Part shown: piece by piece, positions 10,011 through 20,891 of the stretch
Numbering within the stretch: position 1 is the stretch's first letter
Layout: the number at the start of each line of letters is the position of its first letter
Assembly: GCA_963788655.1 (NCBI GenBank)
Contig: CAWBHS010000109.1
Location: forward strand, 1 to 60,138
Direction of reading: 5' to 3'
Origin: an uncultured Verrucomicrobiae bacterium
Lineage (GTDB): Bacteria; Verrucomicrobiota; Verrucomicrobiia; Limisphaerales; JAFGQR01
Length of the DNA: 60,138 nucleotides
The notes under the pieces: model-generated
The model's database searches: none
What the model saw: the letters and a program-made list of their open reading frames with translations, nothing else
What the model was told of the DNA's origin: nothing
Program-made: the position numbers and the translations under genes

Positions 10011-11214
10011 ATGAAATCGATGAATCCTGGCTCCAGACCGTCCGCCAAGAACCGTAACGCGGGATCGCCCAAAGCGCTCTTGATTCGACCGTTGGTCGAG
10101 AACCTGCATCCTTACGTTCCCGGCGAACAACCGAAGGTCAAGGGACTGATCAAGCTCAACACCAACGAGAATCCCTATCCTCCTTCGCCGCGAGTCATGG
10201 CGGCCATCAAAGCCGCCGTGGACGAGCGGCTCCGGCTTTACCCCAATCCCACGGCGGAGCCGTTGCGCGAGCGACTGGCGAAACTCCACCGGTGCCGGAC
10301 GGAGAACATCATCGTCGGAAATGGCTCGGACGAGTTGTTGGCGCTGGCCTCGCGCGCGTTCGTCGAACCAGTATCGGTCTTTTTGAAAACGCGGTTGGAG
10401 CGGGCCAAACCGGCGCCACTAACCCGTGCCCGACCGGCGCGTTCGACCATTCAATACTTCACGCCCAGTTACTCGCTCTATCCGGTCCTCGCAGATATTC
10501 ACGGGGCGTGGAAGAATCCGCTGCCGCTCGATCCGGACTTCAGCCTGCCCGAAATCCCGGAATTGAAGCAGGGCAAGATTTGGGATTTTGAAGCGGCGCT
10601 GACTTACGTCACCACTCCAAATGCTCCTGGTGGCCGCGGCTACGCGACGGCGGAATTGGAAACGCTGTGCCGCGCCCAACGCGGCGTCATCCTGCTGGAC
10701 GAAGCTTATGCCGATTTCGCCACGGAAAACGCCATGGAACTGGCGCTCAAGTATCCGCATGTCCTGGTGGCGCGTACAGTTCTCCAAGGCCTATTCACTC
10801 TGCTTTCAGCGGATTGGCTATTGCGTGGGTTCGCCGGCGCTGATTGACGCCATGCAGCGTATTCGGGACAGCTACAGTGTGAATGGCCTGGGCCAGGTAG
10901 GCGCATTGGCTTCGCTTGATGAGCTTCCGTTTTACCGGGGCAATTTCAATCGCGTGATTGCCACCCGCCAGCGGCTCAGCGAGGCATTGACCCGATTGGA
11001 CTTTGAAGTGTTTCCAAGCCAAACCAATTTCCTCATGGTTCGCCCACCGGCGTTTTCCGCCGAGAAGTGGCTGGCGAAACTGCGGGAGCGGAAGATCCTG
11101 GTGCGTTGGTGGGCCAATCCCGAGGTGCGCGATTACCTTCGTATCACCATCGGGACAGACGCGGAAGTGGACGCCCTTCTGAAAGCAGTGAAACAACTTC
11201 GCAAAACGGCATGA
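10011..11214 (+). CDS. hisC: Histidinol-phosphate aminotransferase; frameshift near 10778
   Basis: YVPGEQP, KLNTNENPYPPSP, GNGSDE, DEAYADF, FSKAYSL..RIGY, LRITIGT. Confidence 0.93.
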
Positions 11215-11255
11215 GCGGCTTGCCATCCGCCGTGGCACCAACGACACTCGGCGTT

Positions 11256-11822
11256 ATGACCGATACCGAAACGCTGCAAGTTTTCCGTGACACCGGGGCC
11301 CTGCTCGAAGGGCATTTTGTTCTCCGCAGCGGCTTGCATAGCCGCCAGTTCTTCCAATGCGCCTTGGCTTTGCAATCCATGCCGATTGTGGAACAACTGG
11401 GCACCGCCCTCGCTGACAAAGTCAGATCGCTGAATCCCACGACAGTGGTAGCACCCGCCATGGGCGGCTTGGTAATCGGGCAGGAAGTCGCGCGACAATT
11501 GCGGCTGCGTTTCATCTTTGTCGAAAAGGAGACCGGCAAACTGGTGCTACGCCGTGGATTCAAAATCGCGGCGCAAGAAAGAATTCTCGTGGTGGAAGAC
11601 GTAATCACCAAAGGCGGACGCGTCCAAGAAACCATGGACATTGTTCGCGCCCAGCAAGGCGAAGTGGTTGGCGTGGCCATCGTGGTGGACCGTTCTAACG
11701 GACAGGTTGACCTCGGCGTGCCAGTCTTCAGCCTGTTGCAGATGCAGGTCGAAACGTTTCCGCCGGACCAACTACCTCCCGATTTGCAGCATACTCCCGC
11801 CGTCAAGCCCGGAAGTCTGTAG
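11256..11822 (+). CDS. pyrE: Orotate phosphoribosyltransferase
   Basis: GALLEGHFVLRSGLHS, VVEDVITKGG PRPP-binding motif, VKPGS C-terminus. Confidence 0.93.
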   Translation: MTDTETLQVFRDTGALLEGHFVLRSGLHSRQFFQCALALQSMPIVEQLGTALADKVRSLNPTTVVAPAMGGLVIGQEVARQLRLRFIFVEKETGKLVLRRGFKIAAQERILVVEDVITKGGRVQETMDIVRAQQGEVVGVAIVVDRSNGQVDLGVPVFSLLQMQVETFPPDQLPPDLQHTPAVKPGSL

Positions 11823-11951
11823 GTGCTACGGCGCAAGGCTATCGAATACGAGAACCACCGCGTTAGCATCCGTTGGACGAGGCCAAATGGAGAGAGGGAA
11901 GCGGTGTTCTGGCGTAAGCAGAAGGAGTTGAAAAGAAGACCGACCCAAAAA

Positions 11952-12020
11952 TGGTGGCTAACATAGACTCTCGGAATTTACCGGAATTCGAAAGCCGCAT
12001 TCCCGGTCCATGTCAGCCGC
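11952..12020 (-). ncRNA. Candidate 69-nt structured small RNA ending in ACCA
   Basis: GCGGCTGACATGGAC pairs with GTCTATGTTAGCCAC (14 of 15, counting G-U); promoter-like TTGAAA-16-TAATTT immediately upstream; T-run downstream. Confidence 0.45.
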
Positions 12021-12123
12021 AGACAAATTAATCGTTAGCCGGGATTTTTCAAGCGTTTTTTAAAGGTTTTTGGTGGCGGAAACGTGGTTCCAATTGGGTC
12101 GCGAACGCCGCTGAAATCGGAGG

Positions 12124-13020
12124 CTACGTCGTCTTTTTCAGGACGGACACTGCTTCGTCGGCGTGATACGAACTGCGGACCATCGGTCCACTGGCTACGT
12201 GAACAAATCCCATCTGACGCGCCCGTTCTCCGTATTCGGCAAACTTGTCCGGCGGAACGAAATTCACCACCGGCAGGTGGTGCAACGTGGGCTGGAGATA
12301 CTGGCCCAAGGTCAAGATATCGCAGTCAATGGCGCGCAAGTCCGCCAGCGCGGTGAATAATTCGTCCTCGGTTTCACCCAAACCCAACATCAAGCCGGAT
12401 TTGGTCAACGATGCGTTGCCGCCTTTGGCCTTGGCCTTGCGCAGGACGCTGAGTGATCGATTGTAGGTCGCGCGGGAGCGGACGTCCGGGGTTAGGCGGC
12501 GAACGGTTTCCAAATTGTGATTGAAGATTTCGGGACGTGCTTTGAGCACGGTTTCCAGTGATTCGTCCTGGTCGTTAAAATCGGGAACCAGCACTTCGAT
12601 GGTGATGCCGGGATTGAGTTGGCGCACCGCTTCGATGGTTTGGCGAAAGTGTTCCGCGCCGCCGTCGCGGAGGTCATCGCGGGCCACGCCGGTGATGACC
12701 ACGTGCCGCAATCCCAGCCGGCTGGTGGCTTCGGCCACGCGCTGGGGTTCACTCGCGTCCAGCGCAAAGGGTTTGGCCGTGGTCACGGAACAGAACCGGC
12801 AGGCGCGGGTGCATCGGTCGCCGCCGATCATGAACGTGGCGGTGCCTTTGCTCCAGCATTCCCAATGATTGGGGCACTTGGCGCTTTCGCACACCGTATT
12901 CAAGCGACGGCCCTGCAGCAGGTATTGGGTTTGACCGAAGGTAGGATTGGTGGGCAGGCGCATCCGCAGCCAATCGGGAAGCCGGGGACGCGCGGGCGAC
13001 GGGGTAACTATCGTATTCAT
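12124..13020 (-). CDS. lipA: Lipoyl synthase
   Basis: CESAKCPNHWEC, CTRACRFC and RSSY motifs. Confidence 0.97.
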   Translation of the reverse strand: MNTIVTPSPARPRLPDWLRMRLPTNPTFGQTQYLLQGRRLNTVCESAKCPNHWECWSKGTATFMIGGDRCTRACRFCSVTTAKPFALDASEPQRVAEATSRLGLRHVVITGVARDDLRDGGAEHFRQTIEAVRQLNPGITIEVLVPDFNDQDESLETVLKARPEIFNHNLETVRRLTPDVRSRATYNRSLSVLRKAKAKGGNASLTKSGLMLGLGETEDELFTALADLRAIDCDILTLGQYLQPTLHHLPVVNFVPPDKFAEYGERARQMGFVHVASGPMVRSSYHADEAVSVLKKTT

Positions 13021-13043
13021 GTATGGGATCCAACGTTGCGAAA

Positions 13044-13301
13044 TCAAGCGGCGGCGAAGCCTTGTTCGCGCCACCAATCTGCCAGTTCGTCCGCACCAAA
13101 ATCAGCCAAGACCTTGCCGTCCACGTCGATGACCGGCGCCAATGTCTGGCCGGAAAGCTGCACCATCTCGCGGCGCGCCCGCGCATCGGCGAGCACGTCG
13201 AGCTTTTCATAGCGGATGCCTTTCCCGTTCAGCCAGTCCATGGCTTCGTGGCACCATCCGCAATAGGGTTTGATGTACAACCGGATATTCACTGCTTTCA
13301 T
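13044..13301 (-). CDS. Glutaredoxin family protein
   Basis: CGWC active site, SGQTLAP, small thioredoxin fold. Confidence 0.88.
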   Translation of the reverse strand: MKAVNIRLYIKPYCGWCHEAMDWLNGKGIRYEKLDVLADARARREMVQLSGQTLAPVIDVDGKVLADFGADELADWWREQGFAAA

Positions 13302-13442
13302 CAGCAACGTGGCCACCATAGGGCGCCACGATTCAAATCTCAAACGCAATTGCGCGCGGTCTCGAATCTCGAGCTTCGGGCTTTTTTCGGATCTCGGAAT
13401 TTGAGATGTGGATTTAGTTTCGGATTTGCCTTCCGGCTTTCA

Positions 13443-13811
13443 TCAGTCCGCTTCCGTCAGAAACGTGTCGTCGTGCTCGTAGGCTGGGGCGCAGCAACAC
13501 AACAGTTTAAGGGGTTCAGTGCCCGTGTTCCAAAGTTTGTGCTTGCTGCCTGGCGGAATGGCGATGGCATCGCCCGCCTTCACTTCGGTGGTTTCGGTTG
13601 CGATCCGGATGCGGCCTTGGCCGGCCGTGATGAAATAGATTTCCTCCGTGCGCGCGTGGTAATGCTCTTGCGTGCTGCCGCCCACCGGTACTCGCGCTTC
13701 GGCCAGGCTTTGATGGCGGATCGCCGAATTTCGGTGCGCCAACAACTCGCGGATTTCCGACCCGTCTTTGGTGATAAAGGACGGCACGGCGTCCAAATTT
13801 TTGATGTCCAT
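13443..13811 (-). CDS. Cupin domain protein
   Basis: TKDGSEIREL, HYH..TEEIY, GDAIAIPPG..H. Confidence 0.88.
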   Translation of the reverse strand: MDIKNLDAVPSFITKDGSEIRELLAHRNSAIRHQSLAEARVPVGGSTQEHYHARTEEIYFITAGQGRIRIATETTEVKAGDAIAIPPGSKHKLWNTGTEPLKLLCCCAPAYEHDDTFLTEAD

Positions 13812-14119
13812 AATGCTGCCGAAAGAGTGCCGGGATGTCGATCCGCCGCAACGCAAAAGACAGTGGATAAAAATCCGAGGGCAGAAATCCGAGATCCGAA
13901 GCCATGGATGGCTGTCACCTTCACTGTCACCGTCCAATATCAGTCATCGTGAACCTTTCTGCACAGCCACCGAGTTAGCGCACGCAGTCTTGGGCGCGCC
14001 GCCGAAGTTGGGGAAGCATGCACTTGCATACGGCGGCGCGCACGTTGCCTTTGCGGCGCCGCTTCAAGGTGTGCAAATCGCGGCCCGCTTCCAACGCTTC
14101 CACCCACCCGTACTGACCT

Positions 14120-14965
14120 CTATCGATTAAGGTAACGCAAGCTGATGGGAAGTTGCTCGTGAACGCTGGGTGATTCATCCTCGATGAAATACCATTTAAC
14201 TTTGGCTTGGGCGGCGGCTTTGAGAATTGCCGGCATGTCCATCTGTCCGGTGCCAAGGGCCACGTCGTTCGATACGTCCGTATGCCCGGTGAGAGCGCCG
14301 GTTGGCGTGCCCTTTTTCATGTCTTTGAGGTGCATGAGTTCCCAGCGGCCGGGGTATTTCTCGAGCCACTTGACCGGATCCTGTCCCGGAAACTCAACCC
14401 AAAAGATGTCCATTTCGAACGCGACATGCTTGGGATTCGTTTCGGCCATCATCAGATCCAACAGGGTGCTTTGGCCATAAGGTTGGAACTCGTAGCCGTG
14501 CTGATGATAGAAAAACTTGATGCCATTTTTGGCCAAAACGGCGCCGGCTTGGTTGAAAACCTGGATCGCCTCGCGACACGTCTGTTCGTTAAACGGATCC
14601 GTGTGGGGTATCCACGCAACGCCGGCGTACTTCAATCCGAGAAGCTTGGCTTCGGCGGCCACAGCCTCGGGTTCATCTCGAAACCGTTCATACGGAAAGT
14701 GGCCGGAGATGGCTTTCAGGCCATATTGCTTGAGCAGCTTGGAGAATTCTTTCGGAGCGACATTGTAGGTGCCCGCCAGTTCAACGTTCTTGAAGTCTAG
14801 GTTTTTGACTTCTTGCAGCGTGCTCGGCACGTCCTTTGCAAAGTCCGCGCGCAGGCTGTACAGTTGCAGTCCAAGTTTGCCTTTGAAGGTGGCACTGTGG
14901 ACGGTTGGTATGAATAGGCCGGAAAAAAGCAGGCCGGCAAGAACCAGAATTGAATAGCGTTTCAT
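14120..14965 (-). CDS. Secreted sugar phosphate isomerase/epimerase (xylose isomerase-like TIM barrel)
   Basis: Signal peptide; GLQLYSLR, YHQHGYEF, EMDIFW, HLKDM, IEDE. Confidence 0.88.
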   Translation of the reverse strand: MKRYSILVLAGLLFSGLFIPTVHSATFKGKLGLQLYSLRADFAKDVPSTLQEVKNLDFKNVELAGTYNVAPKEFSKLLKQYGLKAISGHFPYERFRDEPEAVAAEAKLLGLKYAGVAWIPHTDPFNEQTCREAIQVFNQAGAVLAKNGIKFFYHQHGYEFQPYGQSTLLDLMMAETNPKHVAFEMDIFWVEFPGQDPVKWLEKYPGRWELMHLKDMKKGTPTGALTGHTDVSNDVALGTGQMDMPAILKAAAQAKVKWYFIEDESPSVHEQLPISLRYLNR

Positions 14966-15066
14966 AGTTTTCGAAGAATAAGTCATTCCTACGAAGTTGA
15001 GAAGCCAAATTGTTGAAAGCCTCAAATCCGGTATCGCTGAACCGAGGTGCCGATGAGATGGAACCG

Positions 15067-15723
15067 CTATCGCAAAACCAATTCGACCGTCTCGGTACCT
15101 ACCGTGAGCTGAACCGAAGAACGGTTTACTTTTTCGCACCGAACCTCGATAGGTCCCTCTTCGGATTGGACGGTAAACGTTTCACCTGACTTGACGTTGT
15201 GAATGCCGAGGCCGTCTCCAATCATGGCGATCTGGTGCGCCGGCAGGAAGGAAATACCTTTAAGAACCAGACCATTAAATGAGTTTCCTGTCGGTCGGAA
15301 AACAGGATCAGATCTAGTGGATTCAACTTTGGGCGTTTCGTCTTCCACTGCGGTCGGCAATTCGCTCGCATGAACCGTTTCCACTTTATTTACCGAAGCT
15401 CGTAAATCCGGCATTAGCGCTGCCAGCACCCACAGATTGATGCAAAACATCAACGCGCCGGCAATCGCAACGGTAAAGATGATGTCGGGTGCGATCTCGG
15501 CTCCGGTGCATTTCCACAGACAAATGACCAAGACAACATAAGCCAAATATGGCCCGACAAATGGAATTAAGCTGGTCACGATGGCGGCCATTGATGACGC
15601 CAGCAAACCGAAGAAATTGTAGTTCAACTTTTGGATCTTGATCATCACCCAGATTAATCCGGTGTAGATCACCCACTTGATCCCGAGGCCCGCTACTAAA
15701 GCAATTAAGAATCCCATGTTCAT
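15067..15723 (-). CDS. Hypothetical membrane protein (about 4 TM plus soluble C-terminal beta domain)
   Basis: Hydrophobic N-terminal half; C-terminal LVLKGIS...AMI...GE motif reminiscent of PilP/GspC-type domains. Confidence 0.65.
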   Translation of the reverse strand: MNMGFLIALVAGLGIKWVIYTGLIWVMIKIQKLNYNFFGLLASSMAAIVTSLIPFVGPYLAYVVLVICLWKCTGAEIAPDIIFTVAIAGALMFCINLWVLAALMPDLRASVNKVETVHASELPTAVEDETPKVESTRSDPVFRPTGNSFNGLVLKGISFLPAHQIAMIGDGLGIHNVKSGETFTVQSEEGPIEVRCEKVNRSSVQLTVGTETVELVLR

Positions 15724-16166
15724 TTCTGACATTTCCGTTCGGTCGGTTCTACTCCGCAATGATTACGCCGCGTCGCCAAAGACCATTGGCGTTTTAGGAG
15801 TATCTTGGTGGGTTCGTAGAACCCAGATGCAAACTGATTCGCCTTTCACTGATTGCCCCCAATCATCAAAGCGAGGTTGTCCCCGCAATTCCCGGCGCTT
15901 GTGGCACCGTTCCTGTGGAGTTCATCGTCACAATTCAGCCAGTTTTAAGCCTGGAAAGAACGCTATGCTCCTACTTGCGTGCTCAAATTTTGCCATGCGA
16001 TTCTGTGGTCAACGTGCTGCAGCATTTGCTGGAGCTGTCAGGAAACCGGAACGCAACCAACCGACGGCCACACTGAAGAACGACTTTTCACTTAGGGAGC
16101 ATTGCTTTTTGGCCGTTTTTGAATCAATGTATGGGCAATCCACAACTCCATAAGTTGAGTAGTATT

Positions 16167-18030
16167 ATGAAATTATTCCGCATTCTTTTTCATGCAGCGC
16201 TCGGGATTGGCTTCCTGACCCATGCTTACGGGCAGGTGCCCCATCTGCTGAATTATCAGGGACGAATTTCCGTGGGTGGCACGAACTACGAGGGCCCGGG
16301 CCAGTTCAAATTTGCCTTGGTGGGGAAGCAAGCCAACACTGGCAGCCGGCAGGCAACGGCAACGGCGGAGATATTCTTTGGTGGTCTGATCTACAATCTC
16401 GTCATCATGGACGGCGGCGCGGGCTATTTCACTCCCCCAAGAGTAACCTTCACCCATCCGGCCGGCCAGGGGGCGGTATGGGAGGCCATTGTTTCCGGCG
16501 GCGCGGTGGTGGACTTCAACGACATTGCCCTTGGGAGCAATTACACGAGCACGGTCGTCGTGAACATCGAACCTCCCCCCGATTTCTTGTATCCGTCCTA
16601 TTGGAGCAACGACAGGTACGAGCACTGCTGGCCATGAACCCGCTCAGGCAGTTACCCTGAACGTCAGCCAAGGCCTTTATTCCGTGTTGCTGGGGGATAC
16701 GACCATCACCAACATGAACGCCATCCCGTTGACTGTGTTCACCAATTCCGATGCCTATCTGCGCGTTTGGTTTAGTGACGGGGTATCGGGTTTTCAACAA
16801 CTGCTGCCCGATCAGCGCGTGGCAGCCGTGGGTTATGCCTTGATGGCAGAGAGTGTTCCGGACGGAACCATCACCTCGTCCAAGCTGGCCGACGGCACCG
16901 TGACGAGCGCCAAACTGGCTCCCGGCGCCGTCCAAGCGGCTGCTTTGGATACGGGCGCAGTAGGCGCAGCCCAGATTTTGGACGGAAGCATTGTTGACGC
17001 GGACATCAGTCCCAGCGCCGACATCGATGCCAGCAAAATCGCGCACGGGGATCTGCTGGCCACGCGCTTGAAAGTGGGGAGCGGTCACACATTGTCGTCG
17101 GGCGGCCTGCACGCGACAATTGCCGGCGGTGAGCAAAACAGTGTCTCCGCGGCATACGCGGCCATTGGCGGCGGCAAAGCCAACTCGATTTCGTCGAGCC
17201 ACGGGTTCATTGGCGGAGGATTGAGAAACAGCGTGAGCAGTTCGTATGCGACAGTGGGCGGGGGTAACAACAACGCAGCGAGCGCACTGGAGGCCACGGT
17301 GGGCGGCGGATATTTCAACGAGGCGACGGGGGTGTACGCAGCAGTGGGTGGAGGCACGCTCAATTCGGCGGGTGCTTATGCGACCGTTCCAGGTGGTTCG
17401 GAAAACGTGGCGGCGGGCGATTACAGTTTCGCGGCAGGGCGGCGAGCCATTGCCGGGCATAAAGGCAGTTTCGTTTGGGGGGACGGCACCGACGCCGGCA
17501 TTTCTTCGACCAGCACCAACCAATTCATCGTGCGGGCAAGCGGCGGCGTATGGCTGGGAACGAACAGTTCGCCCGTATTGACGAACGGTTACTTCCTAAA
17601 CACTTCGACCGGTGGTTATTTGTCCTCCGGCGGCGTCTGGACCGACAATTGCGACCGCAACGCCAAAGAGAATTTTACGCCAATCGATCCAGTTGAGATC
17701 CTGCACCGAGTGGCGAACCTGCCCATCACTTCATGGAACTACCGCACTGAAGGAAAGGACGTAAAACATGTGGGCCCCGTGGCACAGGACTTCTATGCGG
17801 CGTTCACAACTGGCCAGGATGAACGTCATCTGGCGGCCTTGGACAGTGCGGGCGTTGCCTTGGCAGCAATTCAGGGGCTCAACGCGGAAGTAAGCGCAAA
17901 GGATGCGCGGATTTCTGAATTGGAGCAATCCCTCGAGGAACTCAAGCAACAAGTCCGTGAATTGACCATCCTGATGAAAGAGCCGCGCGAGCCGATGAAT
18001 CCAACCGAAGGGACCGGCGAGACTCAGTAG
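16167..18030 (+). CDS. Secreted fibre/adhesin-like protein with Gly-rich repeats and C-terminal peptidase S74 intramolecular chaperone; frameshift near 16615
   Basis: Signal peptide, QVP.LLNYQGR, ATIAGG..N repeats, DRNAKENF...HVGPVAQDF, terminal coiled coil. Confidence 0.8.
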
Positions 18031-18088
18031 CGCGACTTGGCAACGTTATTCCATTGTGTGTTTGAAAATGCAGACCACTAAAGGCTTC

Positions 18089-19006
18089 ATGAACTCGACA
18101 ATCAAACTATTCGGGTGTCTGACGGCGGCCGGCTTGGTTGTGAACATTGGTGCTGCGGAGGGTGGCAGTGCTGATTATGCGATCACTGCGGATACATTGA
18201 ACTCAGCCGGTGCGCAGACTGCAAGCGTCGCATACTCACACGTTGGCAGCCTGGGCGGGCTCGGGAGCACCAGCAGTGCTGTCAGCCTGTCGTGGGTTGT
18301 CAAACATGGTTTCATTGGACGATTTCGCGATGTAGCCGGACTGGCGGTTACCGCCAATCCAACCAACGTCAACGAAGGCGAAAGCGGGCAATTGGCAGCC
18401 AGCCTCCTCTATGATGATCAAACGCGTTCGCCGCTGAACGGTTCGGATGTTTTTTGGAGTGTTATCAGCGGACCGATTGCCTCCGTAACTCCGTTGGGTC
18501 TGGCGACGGCGGGAGCGGTTTACCAAGACACGACGGCGAGCGTGCGTGGCCAGTATCAAAGCCATCAAGGCCTGCTGGATTTGCGGGTGTTGAATGTATC
18601 ACCGGACAACTATGGGCTCTATGCCGGCGATGGTTTGCCGGACGATTGGCAGGTCCGATATTTTGGATTGAACAATCCGTTAGCCGACCCTGGGTTGGAT
18701 CCGGATGGCGATCGTCAGTCCAACTTCTTCGAGTATGTCGCGGGATTGATTCCCACCAACAACGCGTCGCAATTCCGGCTAACCATCACCGACGTGCCGG
18801 GCACTCCTGATCACAAAAATGTTACGTTCACTCCGCGATTCGCTGACCGCAACTATTCGGTGGAATATCGCGTTGACCCTGACCAAGGCATATTCATTCC
18901 TTTGACTGGTTCAATTATTGATGATAATGGCATACAGCGTACCATCACGGATCAAAACGCGATCAATAACACACGCTTTTATCGAGTCCAAATCAGCCTG
19001 CCATAA
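18089..19006 (+). CDS. Secreted protein with Ig-like domain, DGLPDDW/DPDGD Ca-binding repeats and RFYRV C-terminus
   Basis: ORF 18056..19006; signal peptide; GDGLPDDWQ..YFG, DPDGD..SN..EY.AG. Confidence 0.75.
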   Translation: MNSTIKLFGCLTAAGLVVNIGAAEGGSADYAITADTLNSAGAQTASVAYSHVGSLGGLGSTSSAVSLSWVVKHGFIGRFRDVAGLAVTANPTNVNEGESGQLAASLLYDDQTRSPLNGSDVFWSVISGPIASVTPLGLATAGAVYQDTTASVRGQYQSHQGLLDLRVLNVSPDNYGLYAGDGLPDDWQVRYFGLNNPLADPGLDPDGDRQSNFFEYVAGLIPTNNASQFRLTITDVPGTPDHKNVTFTPRFADRNYSVEYRVDPDQGIFIPLTGSIIDDNGIQRTITDQNAINNTRFYRVQISLP

Positions 19007-19026
19007 GCAGTTCAGCACCTAGCCGC

Positions 19027-20738
19027 TTACGTGATGCGCAACCAAACTGTCTTTAAATAGGCCGGCTCGGTGCGGGTAATTGGAAAATCTGGCGGCTGCG
19101 GAACATAATGGCACTTAGATACTTGTCGATGCAACTTGCGGACCTGTGCTTCAATCGTGTTCAGGAAGACATCCGGTTTCAGCATGGCGGCATTGGTTGA
19201 GGCAAGCAGCACGCCTCCCGAAGCCAGCAACGGTAGTGCGCCTGCCACCAATTTTCCGTAATCCTTTTCCGCGCGAAATACCCCGCTCTGTTTGGATTGG
19301 GAAAAGGTGGGCGGATCCAAGATGATCATCTCGAAACGACGCTGCTTCTTGCCAAGCCGACGAAACCAATCGAAGGTGTCTCCGCAAAGAAACTCATGTC
19401 CTCCGGGATCCAATCCATTGAGCGCAAAGTTCCGTTTGCCCCAATCCAAGTATTTCCGGGACAGGTCCAGGCTGGTGGTGTGCGATCCAACTTGCGCCGC
19501 ACATACCGAGAAGGCGCACGTGTAAGCAAAGGTGTTCAGGACACGACAAGCTTTTAGATCGTCCGGAAAAAGTGGAAACCCTGACGCCACGTGGTTGACG
19601 AGCAATCGGCGGCGGTTGTCGCGTTGGTCCAAAAACAAACCGACAGAGTATCCTTCATTAAAACTGACTTCAAATTGGAGACCGTTTTCCAAGACGGTAA
19701 ACGATTCAGGAGCCGTTTCTCCGGCGACGTGTCGGGGGGAGATTTCGGCTGGCCCTGCACTGCGGATCCGACGGGCGAGTCGTTTGAGGTAAATCCCGCG
19801 AGAGGTGCATTTTCGCACGCACCGGTTCAGCAAAGATCCATTGGCTTCAATGCCTGTGGCTATATTTGCAGGAAGCCGTTGGTTGGTAACATGTTGTATC
19901 ACTAGCGAATCAAGGTTCAGGGATCCGCCTCCAGAATTATCCGCAGCATCGCCAGCCACCAATAGATAGTCTCCCAAGCGATCCAGATACCAACCCTCCA
20001 GTTCCGAGCCGTCGGCAGCACCGTGAACCAACCGGTAGGCATTGGTCAAAACAGAATCAATGAAGGCTTGGCGCATCATCACTCTGGCGTCCGCTGGAAA
20101 GGTGGTGGAAACAGTGAACACCTGTTCGGCTCCCGTTACCGGATGTCGAATGACCAATTGCTGGGCGTGCAGGCAAAGTCTCACTCCCGAAGCTCCTCCG
20201 TACAGATTGTCCCCGATGACTGGGAATCCATTCTCCGCAGCGTGAACTCGAATTTGATGGGTTCTCCCAGTGAGCGGTTCGGCCCACACCACACTATGGC
20301 CTTGTGCATTGGTCGAGCGCACCGAAAATCGCGTCACTGCTTCCATCCCGTTTTGCTTGTTCAAGCAACTCAAATACTTGTTGCCTTGGCGGACAAGGTG
20401 AGATTTTACGGTGAACTATCTTTTGTAGGCCGTCGGTCCGTCAATAGTACGTATGTCTTGCGCACAGTTCGGTTCGTGAATTGCTCCGTTAGCGAACGAT
20501 TGGCAAGCGTGGTCTTGGCGAACACCATGACCCCGGACGTATCTTTGTCAAGCCGGTGAATGATGGCAAGGTCGGCCCAACGCAGCTCCCGATGTCGCAA
20601 CCAATCGTAAATGCCTTCACCGGCAAAAGGTGCGGGAGCGTGGGTATTGATCCCTGGCGGTTTGTTGACCACCAACAGGTGCTCGTCCTCGAACAAGACG
20701 AGCGGCAGATGTTCGCGGCTGGCGGCAGAATGGATCAT
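19027..20738 (-). CDS. RluA-family pseudouridine synthase fused to RlmI/RlmK-type SAM methyltransferase; frameshift near 20400
   Basis: VVNKPPG, HRLDKDTSG, TGRTHQIRVH, then GLFLDQRDNR, LNTFAYT, LDPPTFS. Confidence 0.85.
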
Positions 20739-20891
20739 GAAGAAGCAATGCACAACGACCGAAAGTCTATACTCGGATGCTGAGTATTGACAACCTTCCA
20801 GCGAGCGAACTCGAGGCTGCTGGACCAAACAGTGGAAATCAATTCTCAATCTGACTCGCCAGGCTGGTTCAATTCTGAATAAATACGGCAA

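Noticed and set aside
9770..10790. Programmed frameshifts in hisD and hisC
   Set aside because: The hisD break is in a G homopolymer, and similar indels occur throughout the window.
13350..13440. Degenerate TTCGGAT/TCTCGAA heptamer tract as a functional element
   Set aside because: Low-complexity and too degenerate to support a specific claim.
16167..18030. Prophage
   Set aside because: The protein has a signal peptide and there are no capsid, terminase or integrase genes nearby.
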